Origin: Methylocella sp.
GTDB lineage: Bacteria > Pseudomonadota > Alphaproteobacteria > Rhizobiales > Beijerinckiaceae
DNA length: 36,485 nucleotides
Direction of reading: 5' to 3'
Assembly (NCBI GenBank): GCA_050728755.1
Contig: JBOHJU010000001.1
Span: 1-36,485, forward strand
A program made the translations under genes and the position numbers. A model generated the notes under the pieces. The model did not search any database and was not told the DNA's origin. It saw nothing but the letters and a program-made list of their open reading frames with translations. Below, piece after piece: positions 1-9,285 of this stretch (within the stretch, counting starts at the first letter, position 1; each line of letters starts with the position of its first letter).

Positions 1-1426
1 CTTCTTCTTCTCTGGCCGTCCAAGCTCTTCCGGCCGCTTCAAAATTGTCGCGGCGCACTTGCGCCAGAACATTGGCGGCCTGTTCGCCGCCCATTACCGA
101 AATGCGGGCGTTCGGCCACATCCAGAGGAAGCGCGGGCCAAACGCACGCCCGCACATGCCGTAATTGCCCGCCCCGAAACTGCCGCCGATGATGACGGTG
201 AATTTTGGCACGCCTGCGCAGGCGACCGCCGCGACGAGCTTGGCGCCATCCTTGGCTATGCCTTGCGCCTCGTATTTTTGGCCGACCATGAAGCCCATGA
301 TGTTTTGCAGAAAGACGAGGGGGATTTTGCGTTGCGCGCAAAGTTCAATGAAATGCGTACCCTTGAGCGCCGATTCCGAAAATAGGATTCCATTATTGGC
401 GAGAATGCCCACGGGATGGCCGAAGATGTGCGCGAATCCGCAGACGAGGGTGGTACCATAGAGCGCCTTGAACTCGTCGAACGCGCTACCGTCGACGACG
501 CGAGCGAGGATTTCGCGCACATCATAAGCCCCGCGCGGATCGGCGGCGACGATGCCGTATATTTCTTGCGCATCATAAAGCGGTTCGGCGGGCTCACGAA
601 CCCCGACGCCGGGGTTTTTCGCACGATTGAGCGTGCCGACGATATTTCGCGCGAGCGCAAGCGCGCGCGCGTCGGTCAACGCATAATGATCGACGACGCC
701 CGAGACGCGCGAATGGACTTCGGCGCCGCCCAGATCCTCCGCCGAGACGATTTCGCCGGTCGCCGCCTTGACGAGCGGCGGACCCGCCAAAAAGATGGTG
801 CCATGCCCCGCCACGATAATCGCTTCGTCGCTCATCGCCGGGACATAAGCGCCGCCTGCTGTGCAGCTTCCCATCACAACGGCAATTTGCGGGATGCCCG
901 CCGCCGACATCCTCGCCTGATTGTAAAAGATGCGGCCGAAATGGTCGCGATCGGGAAAGACTTCGTCCTGGCTTGGCAGATGGGCGCCGCCGCTATCGAC
1001 GAGATAGATGCAAGGCAGATTGTTTTCTTGTGCGATTTCCTGCGCGCGCAGGTGCTTCTTGACGGTCAGCGGATAATAGGTGCCGCCCTTGACGGTTGCG
1101 TCATTGGCGATGACGACGCATTCCTGGCCGCTTATGCGCCCTATGCCTGAGATCAATCCCGCCGACGGAACGGTTTCCGCGTAAACCTCATATGCGGCGA
1201 ATTGCGAAAATTCCAGGAATGGCGTGCCCGGATCGATGAGCGCCGCAACGCGCTCGCGCGGCAAAAGCTTTCCGCGCGCGATGTGCCGCTCCCGCGCCTT
1301 GGCGCCGCCGCCTTGCGCGATGAGCGCGACCTTACTGCGCAAATCCTCGACAAGACCTTGCATTGCGGCTTTGTTCGCGGCGAAGTTTTTGCTACCAGGC
1401 TCGACGGCAGATTTGAAAACATTCAT
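1..1426 (-). CDS. mccB: Methylcrotonyl-CoA carboxylase, carboxyltransferase (beta) subunit; 3' end runs off the window
   Basis: Not in the ORF track (no stop inside the window). Hand translation from ATG 1426 gives [59 protein letters not shown]. The same frame near position 1 reads [19 protein letters not shown]. It follows isovaleryl-CoA dehydrogenase (leucine catabolism). Confidence 0.9.
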   Translation of the reverse strand, partial: MNVFKSAVEPGSKNFAANKAAMQGLVEDLRSKVALIAQGGGAKARERHIARGKLLPRERVAALIDPGTPFLEFSQFAAYEVYAETVPSAGLISGIGRISGQECVVIANDATVKGGTYYPLTVKKHLRAQEIAQENNLPCIYLVDSGGAHLPSQDEVFPDRDHFGRIFYNQARMSAAGIPQIAVVMGSCTAGGAYVPAMSDEAIIVAGHGTIFLAGPPLVKAATGEIVSAEDLGGAEVHSRVSGVVDHYALTDARALALARNIVGTLNRAKNPGVGVREPAEPLYDAQEIYGIVAADPRGAYDVREILARVVDGSAFDEFKALYGTTLVCGFAHIFGHPVGILANNGILFSESALKGTHFIELCAQRKIPLVFLQNIMGFMVGQKYEAQGIAKDGAKLVAAVACAGVPKFTVIIGGSFGAGNYGMCGRAFGPRFLWMWPNARISVMGGEQAANVLAQVRRDNFEAAGRAWTAREEE

Positions 1427-1431
1427 CGGCT

Positions 1432-1532
1432 TAGGCCATGGCCGCTTCAAAGTGAATCGCGCGCGGTCTTGTCATTTGATTTGTCGCATCATCTTATCCA
1501 AAGAGTCTGCAACTTTCTGGGATGATGCGCTA
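1432..1532. repeat. RIME/MITE-like intergenic repeat, copy A
   Basis: Fills the ivd-mccB gap and is bounded by TA. Contains the inverted pair GCATCATC...GATGATGC around TTATCCAAAGAGTCTGCAACTTTCTGG. 1485-1516 matches 24311-24342 at 26/32. Confidence 0.7.
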
Positions 1533-2690
1533 ATTTTCGTCAAACAGCTCGCGTCCGATCAACATACGCCGGATTTCGCTCGTGCCGGCGCCGATCTCAT
1601 AGAGCTTGGCGTCGCGCAGCAGGCGACCAGCCGGGTAATCGTTGATATAGCCGTTGCCGCCGAGTAATTGGATTGCATCGAGCGCCGCCCTTGTCGCGCG
1701 CTCCGCCGAAAAGAGCAGGGCGCCCGCCGCATCCTTGCGCGAGGTGTGGCCGTTGTCGCACGCGCGGGCCACCGCGTGAACATAAGCCCGGCAGGCATTA
1801 AGGCTTGTGTACATGTCGGCGAGCTTGCCTTGAACAAGCTCGAACTCTCCAATCGCCTGGCCGAACTGTTTTCGGCTGCGGACGTAGGGAAGGCAAATAT
1901 CAAGACAGGCCTGCATGATGCCGAGCGGACCCGCCGCGAGCACGACTCTTTCGTAATCGAGGCCAGACATCAGGACGTGGACTCCCTCGCCCGCCTCGCC
2001 CAGCACGTTCTCTTCGGGCACTTCGCAATCCTCGAAGGCGAGTTCGGACGTTGGAGACCCACGCATGCCGAGCTTGTCAAGCTTTTGTCCCAAATGAAAA
2101 CCCTTAAAACCGCTCTCGATCAGAAAAGCTGTGATGCCATGCGCGCCGGCATTGGGATCGGTCTTGGCATAGACGATAAGCGTCGAGGCATAATGAGCGT
2201 TGGTGATCCACATTTTTGTGCCGTTCAAAATGTAGCGGCCTCCCTTTCTGTCCGCGCGCAGGCGCATCGATACGACGTCCGAACCGGAATTCGCCTCCGA
2301 CATGGCCAGCGCGCCGACATGCTCGCCGGAAATGAGTTTCGGCAAATAGCGGCGCTTCTGATCGTCATTGCCGTTGCGGCGGATCTGATTGACGCAAAGA
2401 TTGGAATGCGCGCCATAGGACAGACCGACGGAAGCCGAGGCCCGGCTGATCTCCTCCATGGCGATGCAATGCGCGAGATAGCCGAGGCCCGCGCCGCCAT
2501 AATTCTCCTCGACCGTGATGCTGTGCAGACCGAGCGCGCCCATCGCGGGCCACAGATCGAGTGGAAAATTATCCGAGCGATCGATTTCGGCCGCGCGCGG
2601 CGCGATCTTGGCGGCCGCGAAGGCGCGCACCGTAGCGCGCAGCGCGTCCAGCTCGGGGCCGAGGGCAAAGTCGAGGCCGGGATTTTGCAT
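1530..2690 (-). CDS. ivd: Isovaleryl-CoA dehydrogenase
   Basis: Acyl-CoA dehydrogenase motifs [30 protein letters not shown] and [18 protein letters not shown]. Start placed at MQNPGLDF (2690) rather than 2744. Confidence 0.93.
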   Translation of the reverse strand: MQNPGLDFALGPELDALRATVRAFAAAKIAPRAAEIDRSDNFPLDLWPAMGALGLHSITVEENYGGAGLGYLAHCIAMEEISRASASVGLSYGAHSNLCVNQIRRNGNDDQKRRYLPKLISGEHVGALAMSEANSGSDVVSMRLRADRKGGRYILNGTKMWITNAHYASTLIVYAKTDPNAGAHGITAFLIESGFKGFHLGQKLDKLGMRGSPTSELAFEDCEVPEENVLGEAGEGVHVLMSGLDYERVVLAAGPLGIMQACLDICLPYVRSRKQFGQAIGEFELVQGKLADMYTSLNACRAYVHAVARACDNGHTSRKDAAGALLFSAERATRAALDAIQLLGGNGYINDYPAGRLLRDAKLYEIGAGTSEIRRMLIGRELFDEN

Positions 2691-2844
2691 AGTGTGGTCC
2701 TTGGACCGCCTTCGGACCGCCATTCGGCCGCAGGCCGACCCCATGCATATATGACCGCAAAGGTTGGCGGGAAATGGTCATCCGCCTGCCGTCGTGCGAT
2801 AATGGCGGGCTGACAACGTCCGCCCGGAAGGCTCCAATACAGAC

Positions 2845-3987
2845 ATGGCAACCGCCGCTCTCGACCTTTGCCGCGCGCTTGTCCGGTGCCGCTCGGTCAC
2901 GCCGGAAGATGGCGGCGCTCTCGGTGTCCTCGAAGGGGTGCTCGATCAGGCGGGGTTCGCGACGCAGCGGCTTACGTTCTCGGAACCTGGCACGCCGGAC
3001 ATCGGCAATCTCTACGCGCGCATCGGCACGGGCGCGCCATTCCTCGTCTTTGCCGGACATACGGACGTGGTGCCCGTTGGCGATGCCACAAAGTGGCGGT
3101 TCGATCCTTTCGCGGCGGAGATCGCCGATGGCGCGATTTTTGGACGCGGCGCCGCCGACATGAAGAGCGGGGTGGCGGCATTCACTGCTGCCGCGTGCGA
3201 GTATGCCGCGCGTGGTTCAGACAAAGGCTCGATCGGTCTTCTCATCACCGGCGACGAGGAAGGCGCGGCCATCAATGGTACGGAAAAGCTCTTGCGCTCG
3301 GCTTATGAAATGGGCGAGCGTTTCGATCATTGCATTGTCGGCGAACCAACGAGCGTTGAGGTGCTCGGCGACACGATCAAGATTGGCCGGCGCGGCTCGC
3401 TCAATGGCACGCTCATTGTCGAGGGGCGCCAGGGCCATGCCGCCTATCCCGCGCGGGCAGATAATCCGATTCCAAAGCTCCTTCGGTTGCTAGATGCCTT
3501 GACCGCCACGCCGCTCGATTCCGGCACGCCGCATTTCGATCCCTCGAATTTGGAAATCGTGTCGGTCGATGTTGGCAACCCGGCGTTCAACGTGATCCCG
3601 GCGCAGGCATGCGCGCGCCTAAATGTGCGCTTCAACGATCTTTGGACGCCGGAGACGCTTGCCGCCGAGCTGCGGCAAAGGCTGAAGGCAGCGGAAGCGA
3701 AATTCACGCTCACCTTGGAGCCTTGCAATGCCCTGGCCTTTTTGACCACGCCGGACTCCTTCACGAAACTCGTTGCCAATGCGGTCGAAAAGAAGACTGG
3801 ACGCCGCCCGGCACTTTCGACGTCAGGCGGAACATCGGATGCTCGGTTCATCCGCGCCTATTGCCCGGTCGTCGAATTCGGCCTCGTTGGCGCGACCTCG
3901 CATATGGTAGACGAGCACGTCGCGGTGGCGGACATCGAGGCTTTGACGGAGATTTACGTGGCGATTTTGGAAGATTATTTTCGCTGA
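2845..3987 (+). CDS. dapE: Succinyl-diaminopimelate desuccinylase (M20)
   Basis: FAGHTDVVP, GRGAADMKSG, ITGDEEG, GEPT, IKIGRRGS, GHAAYP and TSGGTSDARFI motifs. Confidence 0.95.
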   Translation: MATAALDLCRALVRCRSVTPEDGGALGVLEGVLDQAGFATQRLTFSEPGTPDIGNLYARIGTGAPFLVFAGHTDVVPVGDATKWRFDPFAAEIADGAIFGRGAADMKSGVAAFTAAACEYAARGSDKGSIGLLITGDEEGAAINGTEKLLRSAYEMGERFDHCIVGEPTSVEVLGDTIKIGRRGSLNGTLIVEGRQGHAAYPARADNPIPKLLRLLDALTATPLDSGTPHFDPSNLEIVSVDVGNPAFNVIPAQACARLNVRFNDLWTPETLAAELRQRLKAAEAKFTLTLEPCNALAFLTTPDSFTKLVANAVEKKTGRRPALSTSGGTSDARFIRAYCPVVEFGLVGATSHMVDEHVAVADIEALTEIYVAILEDYFR

Positions 3988-3990
3988 GCC

Positions 3991-4800
3991 TCACGGCAGA
4001 ATCGCAAAGGCCCGCGCGGGAAAACCGAGGCCGTCCTTGACCTTCGGCCAGCTCACGACAATCAGTGCCCCCTTGGCAGGCACCTTGTCGAGATTGGCCA
4101 TGACTTCGATCTGATAATGGCCGCTATTCAAGAGATAGGTTTCGGTCGCCATTTTTTCGGTCGCATCGGCGTCCAGGGATTCATGCCCGATCGCTGTAAT
4201 TCCGCGCTCTTCGACGAGGAATTTGACGGCCTCCAGCGACCAGCCCGGAAATGGCGTGCGCTTGAATTTTTCGGGATCGTTCTCGAACTCTTTGGACATA
4301 TCGGTTCTGAGCGCCGCGAAGGCGCCGCTCGGAACGCGGCCGTTTTGCGCCTCCCAGGCGCGGAGATCTTTTACTGAAAAAGCGTGGTTCGGGTCGGCGG
4401 CGAGATAGGGCGTAGAGTCAAAAACCACGAGCGGCAAGATCATCTCCGCGAGCGGGATTTTGTCCATCGTGATCCCGTCTTTCGCAAAATGCGCGGGCGG
4501 ATCGATATGCGTGCCATATTGCCCCACCATTTCATAATAAGTGGCGCGAAAGCCGTCCTTCTCGATCGTATAAGGTGTTCTGGTTTTGGGGTCGATGGCG
4601 GGGCTCATCCGCGCTTGCCCGAAGCCGGACCAGACTGGCGTGTCGGGGCCAAAGGCATGGGTGAGATCGACGAACGCTTTCGACGCGATGACATGGTAGG
4701 CGTCATCAAGCGAGGTCTGCGCCCGCGAAGGCAAGGCCCATAGGATCGCAGCCAGGAACACGGCGGCCGAAAGACTAATCCACTTCGCCGCCGGGCTCAT
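3991..4800 (-). CDS. Cyclase-family (kynurenine formamidase-like) metal hydrolase, probably exported
   Basis: VDLTH, QYGTHIDPPAHF, IGHESLDAD, QIEVMANL and GFPARAFA motifs. Signal-peptide-like N-terminus MSPAAKWISLSAAVFLAAILWALPSRAQ from ATG 4800. Confidence 0.85.
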   Translation of the reverse strand: MSPAAKWISLSAAVFLAAILWALPSRAQTSLDDAYHVIASKAFVDLTHAFGPDTPVWSGFGQARMSPAIDPKTRTPYTIEKDGFRATYYEMVGQYGTHIDPPAHFAKDGITMDKIPLAEMILPLVVFDSTPYLAADPNHAFSVKDLRAWEAQNGRVPSGAFAALRTDMSKEFENDPEKFKRTPFPGWSLEAVKFLVEERGITAIGHESLDADATEKMATETYLLNSGHYQIEVMANLDKVPAKGALIVVSWPKVKDGLGFPARAFAILP

Positions 4801-4944
4801 TTCCCGGGCGGATGAAAACCGGAAAGTGAATACGCCAATGCAGCTACTGCGCGATCTCGCCATATCTAAAAGTGTCCGTGCGCCAGAAGGCGTTTGAAGG
4901 CTTTGACTTTTCTCTGCTTGAGCCAGTTGCGCAGGCTGTCGGCG

Positions 4945-5086
4945 GCGGTCGTATCTGGTTGCGATGCGTCGCCAGCTCTTAAGCTTGCAGAACATGCCGC
5001 TCGATGAGATTTCTGCGTTTGTAGGCCTTGGCGTTGAGAGGATATGGTGTCAGTCTTGCGGCCGTGGACGGAATGACCGCCATGCC
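4945..5086 (-). mobile_element. IS5-family transposase C-terminal remnant, frameshifted
   Basis: Reads GMAVIPSTAARLTPYPLNAKAYKRRNLIER, then one extra base near 4996, then MFCKLKSWRRIATRYDR. YxxRNxIERxFxxLKxWRRIATRYD is the IS5-family signature. Confidence 0.85.
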
Positions 5087-5296
5087 CAAAACTATCTTTC
5101 AGGCCTGGCTCTCGCAGCGATCATCGGCACGTGGATCGAATGAGTCCTCAACCTAGCGAACACTCTTGGCTCGACCGATTGCATTTCTGCCGCTTCATTG
5201 TCCAAATCCGTTCCCTCCTCAAAGCCTTGACCTTTACCGCACCTGGCGTCTATGCATCGGATTCCGGCTTGCTTCGCATCCCCTTCGGCTGAAGTT

Positions 5297-5515
5297 TCAG
5301 GAAAAGTATGCGTCCGGCCGAAGCAATGATGACTTGACTCCCTCCTTCTGTGCGGAATTCGAACGAGCATCGCCTGTGCGGGTATCGCGCCGCGGCGTGA
5401 CCTCGACAAGTGGCTCGTCCGGACGGGAGAGGAAGTAGACGAAAAGCACGGCCTTCAAAACACCCACAAAGGCGAACCTAATCAAAGCGAGAAGCAGTAA
5501 TTTGAAGACTTTCAT
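5297..5515 (-). CDS. Possible small membrane protein (72 aa), may be decayed
   Basis: MKVFKLLLLALIRFAFVGVLKAVLFVYFLSRPDEP..., with GAGGGA upstream of ATG 5515. The hydrophobic stretch is interrupted by R and K. Confidence 0.3.
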   Translation of the reverse strand: MKVFKLLLLALIRFAFVGVLKAVLFVYFLSRPDEPLVEVTPRRDTRTGDARSNSAQKEGVKSSLLRPDAYFS

Positions 5516-5945
5516 TAGTAGTTCCCTCTTTGCGCTCCCAGCGTCCTCCCAGCACCGAAAGGACCGAAGTTGGCCGCCCTGCATAGCCCAATATCGTTGG
5601 CGTTGGCCCCAAGAACACCCAACGCGGTTACGTTCCAATCTTAACGCAGCGCTGATTCGATTGTTCCACATGCATCACCTATATGTGACCGCGAACGTAA
5701 CGTGCGTTCGCCGGGGCACGCCGGTGATCACGCCCGGGGCGTGGCCGTTCATGACCTTCGGTCCTGGCCTGGATCGGGCTGATCAGCAAGGAAACCGAAG
5801 ATGAGCGGCTCCGCTCTCGCCACTTCCAATTGTCGGCAAGGGCAAACTGAAATTGATGAGGCTATAGACTAGATGTCGTTTCGGCATCTCGATCTTCTGC
5901 CAGTGGTCGTTGATGACGAGCCCAACGGCGATATGACAGTGCGAT

Positions 5946-6146
5946 TGAGAGCGATATGCTGGGGCATGCGGAGGGGCACTCGGAATGCACAGCTTCGGCA
6001 TTTCGGCACCGATGAAGATCCTCGCCGGGGATTCCGGCTTCAACGCGGAGCAGGTGGCAGCCGCAGCCAACCACGCTATCCGCCACGCAGTGGGCGGAAC
6101 GAACTCGCGCGACGTTACAGGAGAGGTTAAATGCAACTTGGCATGA
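5946..6146 (+). pseudogene. tkt: Transketolase C-terminal remnant
   Basis: Frame from 5946 reads *ERYAGACGGALGMHSFGISAPMKILAGDSGFNAEQVAAAA, matching the transketolase end (WERY...GMxSFGxSAP...FGF). The expected TGG is TGA, and no upstream tkt sequence is recognisable. Confidence 0.75.
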
Positions 6147-7159
6147 TTGGACTTGGCCGAATGGGTGCCAATATGGCGGCACGGCTCATAAGGGCCGGCC
6201 ATGAATGCATCGTTTATGATAGCCATCCGGAACCGGTGCAGGAATTGGTCAAGCATGGAGCAAAGGGCTCGACGAGTCTGACCGAGTTCGTCAAAAGTCT
6301 GGCAAAGCCCCGTGCGGTGTGGCTGATGGTTCCGGCCGCGGCGGTCGATCCCCTGCTTGGCTCCCTTACGCCGCTGCTCGAGCCGGACGACATTGTGGCC
6401 GATGGGGGGAACTCCTACTACCATGACGATATCCGCCGCGCGGCGGAGCTTAAGCAAACTGGGATTCATTATGTCGATGTCGGCGTAAGCGGCGGAGTAT
6501 GGGGCCTAGAGCGGGGCTACTGCCAAATGATCGGCGGCGAGCCAGAAACCGTCCAGCACCTCGATCCGATCTTTCGTGCTCTGGCCCCAGGAGTAGCCGC
6601 CGCGCCCCGCACGCCGGGCGCAACAGGCGAGCCGAAGCAGTCCGAATGCGGCTATCTGCATTGCGGTCCGAATGGTGGCGGTCATTTTGTCAAAATGGTC
6701 CATAACGGCATCGAATATGGCATCATGGCCGCCTATTCCGAAGGTTTGAACATCATCAAGAACGCCGATATCGGCCGCGCGAGCCACGAGGAGGACGCGG
6801 AAACGACGCCATTGCGTAATCCAGAATTCTACCAGTTCGAATTCGACATCGCCGAGGTCGCCGAGGTCTGGCGGCGCAGCAGCGTCATCGGCTCATGGTT
6901 GCTGGATCTTACCGCCGCGGCCCTCCGCACGAATCCGGAGCTGACGAGTTTCGAAGGACATGTCTCGGATTCCGGCGAAGGGCGCTGGACGCTGCGGGCG
7001 GCGATCGAGGAAGGAGTCCCCGCCCCAGTCATCAGCGCGGCATTATTTGGGCGTTTCGAATCGCGCGGGCTTGCGGACTATGCCGACAAGCTGCTGTCGG
7101 CAATGCGATACGAATTCGGCGGCCACATCGAGAGACCGGCAAGCGGGGGAACGACTTGA
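6131..7159 (+). CDS. gnd: 6-phosphogluconate dehydrogenase, decarboxylating, short type
   Basis: GLGRMG, DGGNS, DVGVSGG, GHFVKMVHNGIEYG, DSGEGRW and MRYEFGGH motifs; GAGG RBS upstream. Confidence 0.95.
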   Translation: MQLGMIGLGRMGANMAARLIRAGHECIVYDSHPEPVQELVKHGAKGSTSLTEFVKSLAKPRAVWLMVPAAAVDPLLGSLTPLLEPDDIVADGGNSYYHDDIRRAAELKQTGIHYVDVGVSGGVWGLERGYCQMIGGEPETVQHLDPIFRALAPGVAAAPRTPGATGEPKQSECGYLHCGPNGGGHFVKMVHNGIEYGIMAAYSEGLNIIKNADIGRASHEEDAETTPLRNPEFYQFEFDIAEVAEVWRRSSVIGSWLLDLTAAALRTNPELTSFEGHVSDSGEGRWTLRAAIEEGVPAPVISAALFGRFESRGLADYADKLLSAMRYEFGGHIERPASGGTT

Positions 7160-8548
7160 ATGGACCGCCCGGTTTCCGATGCGATCGTTTTCTTTGGCGC
7201 CACGGGCGACCTTGCCTATAAGCAGATTTTCCCCTCGTTGCAAGGTCTGGTTCGTGGCGAAGGGCTCGATATACCGATTATCGGCGTTGCCAAGGCGGGA
7301 TGGTCTCTCGATCAATTAAAGGCGCGCGCCGAGGCCAGCCTTTCCAGCCATGGCGGCCTCGACACCAAATCCTTTGCCAAGCTCGCCAGCCTGCTCCGTT
7401 ACGTCGACGGCGACTACAATGAACCCGCGACGTATGTGCGGCTGCGCCAGGAATTAAAGGACGCGAGACGGCCGCTGCATTATCTCGCCATTCCTCCGAG
7501 CCTGTTTGCGATAGTGGCCGAGGGGCTCGCCAACCAGGGCGCCGGAACGGATGCTCGCCTCGTCGTCGAGAAGCCTTTCGGCCACAATAGAGAGTCGGCG
7601 CGCCAACTCGATCGCATTCTCAACCGTTATTTCCCAGAAGAAAACATCTTCCGGATCGATCACTACCTGGGCAAGGAGCCGGTGCAGAACATACTTTACA
7701 CGCGATTTGCGAATTCGATGTTCGAGCCGATCTGGAACCGCATCTACATCAACAGCATTCAGATCACCATGGCGGAAAGTTTCGGCGTGCAGGATCGCGG
7801 CAGATTCTATGATGAGACCGGCGCCATTCGCGACGTGTTTCAAAACCACATGCTGCAGGTGCTCGCCAGCCTGACCATGGATCCACCGACCGGCGAGGAA
7901 TCCGACGCCGTGCGCGAGCAGAAGGCGGGTTTGCTGAAGGCTCTGCGACCGCTCGATGCGGCGCACGTCGTTCGCGGTCAATATGTAGGCTATCAATCGG
8001 TGCCTGGCGTGAAGGCCGGCTCGACCGTCGAGACATTCGTCGCAACCAAACTTTTCATCGATTCGTGGCGGTGGGCCGGCGTGCCGATTTACATTCGGGC
8101 TGGCAAGGCGCTCCCGGTGACGGCCACGGAGATAATGGTGGATTTCAAAAGACCACCGCGGGAAACCTTCGCGGAGATGATTCCGCCTGCGTCAGGCCAT
8201 ATGCGGCTGCGAATCAGCCCAGACGTCACCATCGCGCTGGGTGTGCGCGTCAAACATCCAGGCGAGGGCATGAGCGGCGAGGATGTCGAGCTGATCCTGA
8301 CCGAGCAGGAGGCGGCTTTCATTCCTCCCTATCAGCGACTGCTTGGCGACGCGATGCACGGCATCGGGGATCTTTTTGGCCGGCAGGATATTGTTGACGC
8401 CCAATGGCGCGTCGTGGAGCCGGTCTTGAACGACGAAACTCCGCCAGATTCCTACGCACAGGGAAGCTGGGGGCCGGAACAAGCCAGCCGGCTGATCGGC
8501 GCGGACGGTCCATGGCATGATCCGAAGCCTACGGCGCCGCGTCGATGA
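7160..8548 (+). CDS. zwf: Glucose-6-phosphate 1-dehydrogenase
   Basis: GATGDLA, VEKPFG, RIDHYLGKE, RDVFQNH and RWAGVPIYIRAGK motifs; directly abuts gnd. Confidence 0.95.
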   Translation: MDRPVSDAIVFFGATGDLAYKQIFPSLQGLVRGEGLDIPIIGVAKAGWSLDQLKARAEASLSSHGGLDTKSFAKLASLLRYVDGDYNEPATYVRLRQELKDARRPLHYLAIPPSLFAIVAEGLANQGAGTDARLVVEKPFGHNRESARQLDRILNRYFPEENIFRIDHYLGKEPVQNILYTRFANSMFEPIWNRIYINSIQITMAESFGVQDRGRFYDETGAIRDVFQNHMLQVLASLTMDPPTGEESDAVREQKAGLLKALRPLDAAHVVRGQYVGYQSVPGVKAGSTVETFVATKLFIDSWRWAGVPIYIRAGKALPVTATEIMVDFKRPPRETFAEMIPPASGHMRLRISPDVTIALGVRVKHPGEGMSGEDVELILTEQEAAFIPPYQRLLGDAMHGIGDLFGRQDIVDAQWRVVEPVLNDETPPDSYAQGSWGPEQASRLIGADGPWHDPKPTAPRR

Positions 8549-9228
8549 CCAAAATGCATGAACTGGCATTTCTTTTCGATGTTGACAACACGCTCCTTGA
8601 TAACGATCGCGTCGAGGCCGACCTGGCTGCCCATTTGAGCGAGGCCTATGGTGTCGTTGCCCGCAATCGTTACTGGGCTATTTTCGAACAGCTGCGGCAA
8701 GAGCTCGGCTATGCCGACTACCTCGGCGCGTTGGAACGATTCCGGCTTGAAAGGGCGCACGATCCAACGGTGCTGCGAATGTCAAGCTGGCTCGTCGATT
8801 ATCCGTTTGCCGACCGGCTTTATGCCGGCGCCCTCGATGTCATCAAGCATGTCCAGCGATGGGGGCTCGCAATCATCCTCTCCGATGGCGACGCGGTGTT
8901 CCAGCCTCGGAAGGTCGAGCGCTCTGGACTCTGGACAGCCGTCGATGGCCGCGTGCTCATCTATGTCCACAAGGAGCGGGAGCTTGCCGACGTCGAGCGC
9001 TTTTGTCCGGCAAAGCGATACGTCATGATCGATGATAAGCTGCGGATCCTCAACGCGATCAAGAAGGTTTGGGGAGAGCGCGTCACCACCATTTTTGTAA
9101 GACAAGGCCACTACGCGCGAGACCCGCAAAATCTCGCCGGCTGTCAGCCTGCCGATATTCAACTGGACCATATCAGCGATTTGAACAATTACGCCTTGGC
9201 GGCGTTCGTGATCACGTCAGGGAGATGA
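8545..9228 (+). CDS. HAD-superfamily hydrolase
   Basis: Motif I LFDVDNTL, plus LSDGD and MIDDK; ATGA overlap with zwf. Confidence 0.85.
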   Translation: MTKMHELAFLFDVDNTLLDNDRVEADLAAHLSEAYGVVARNRYWAIFEQLRQELGYADYLGALERFRLERAHDPTVLRMSSWLVDYPFADRLYAGALDVIKHVQRWGLAIILSDGDAVFQPRKVERSGLWTAVDGRVLIYVHKERELADVERFCPAKRYVMIDDKLRILNAIKKVWGERVTTIFVRQGHYARDPQNLAGCQPADIQLDHISDLNNYALAAFVITSGR

Positions 9229-9285
9229 AACCATTCGTCATTCTGCTTCGGCTCCGGCAGGCCAGCTCAATGGGAGCGTATCGCT

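Noticed and set aside
416..2813. Long plus-strand ORFs (244 aa and 381 aa), and similar antisense ORFs over TPR, hss, serA and dprA
   Set aside because: They are shadow frames of well-supported genes in GC-rich DNA and show no motifs.
3991..4995. Apparent transposase-cyclase fusion ORF (334 aa)
   Set aside because: The extension is a chance in-frame IS5 remnant. A signal peptide begins at ATG 4800, and the transposase part is frameshifted and truncated.
5092..5940. Several short ORFs between the IS5 and tkt remnants
   Set aside because: No recognisable motifs; probably decayed DNA. Only 5297-5515 was kept, at low confidence.
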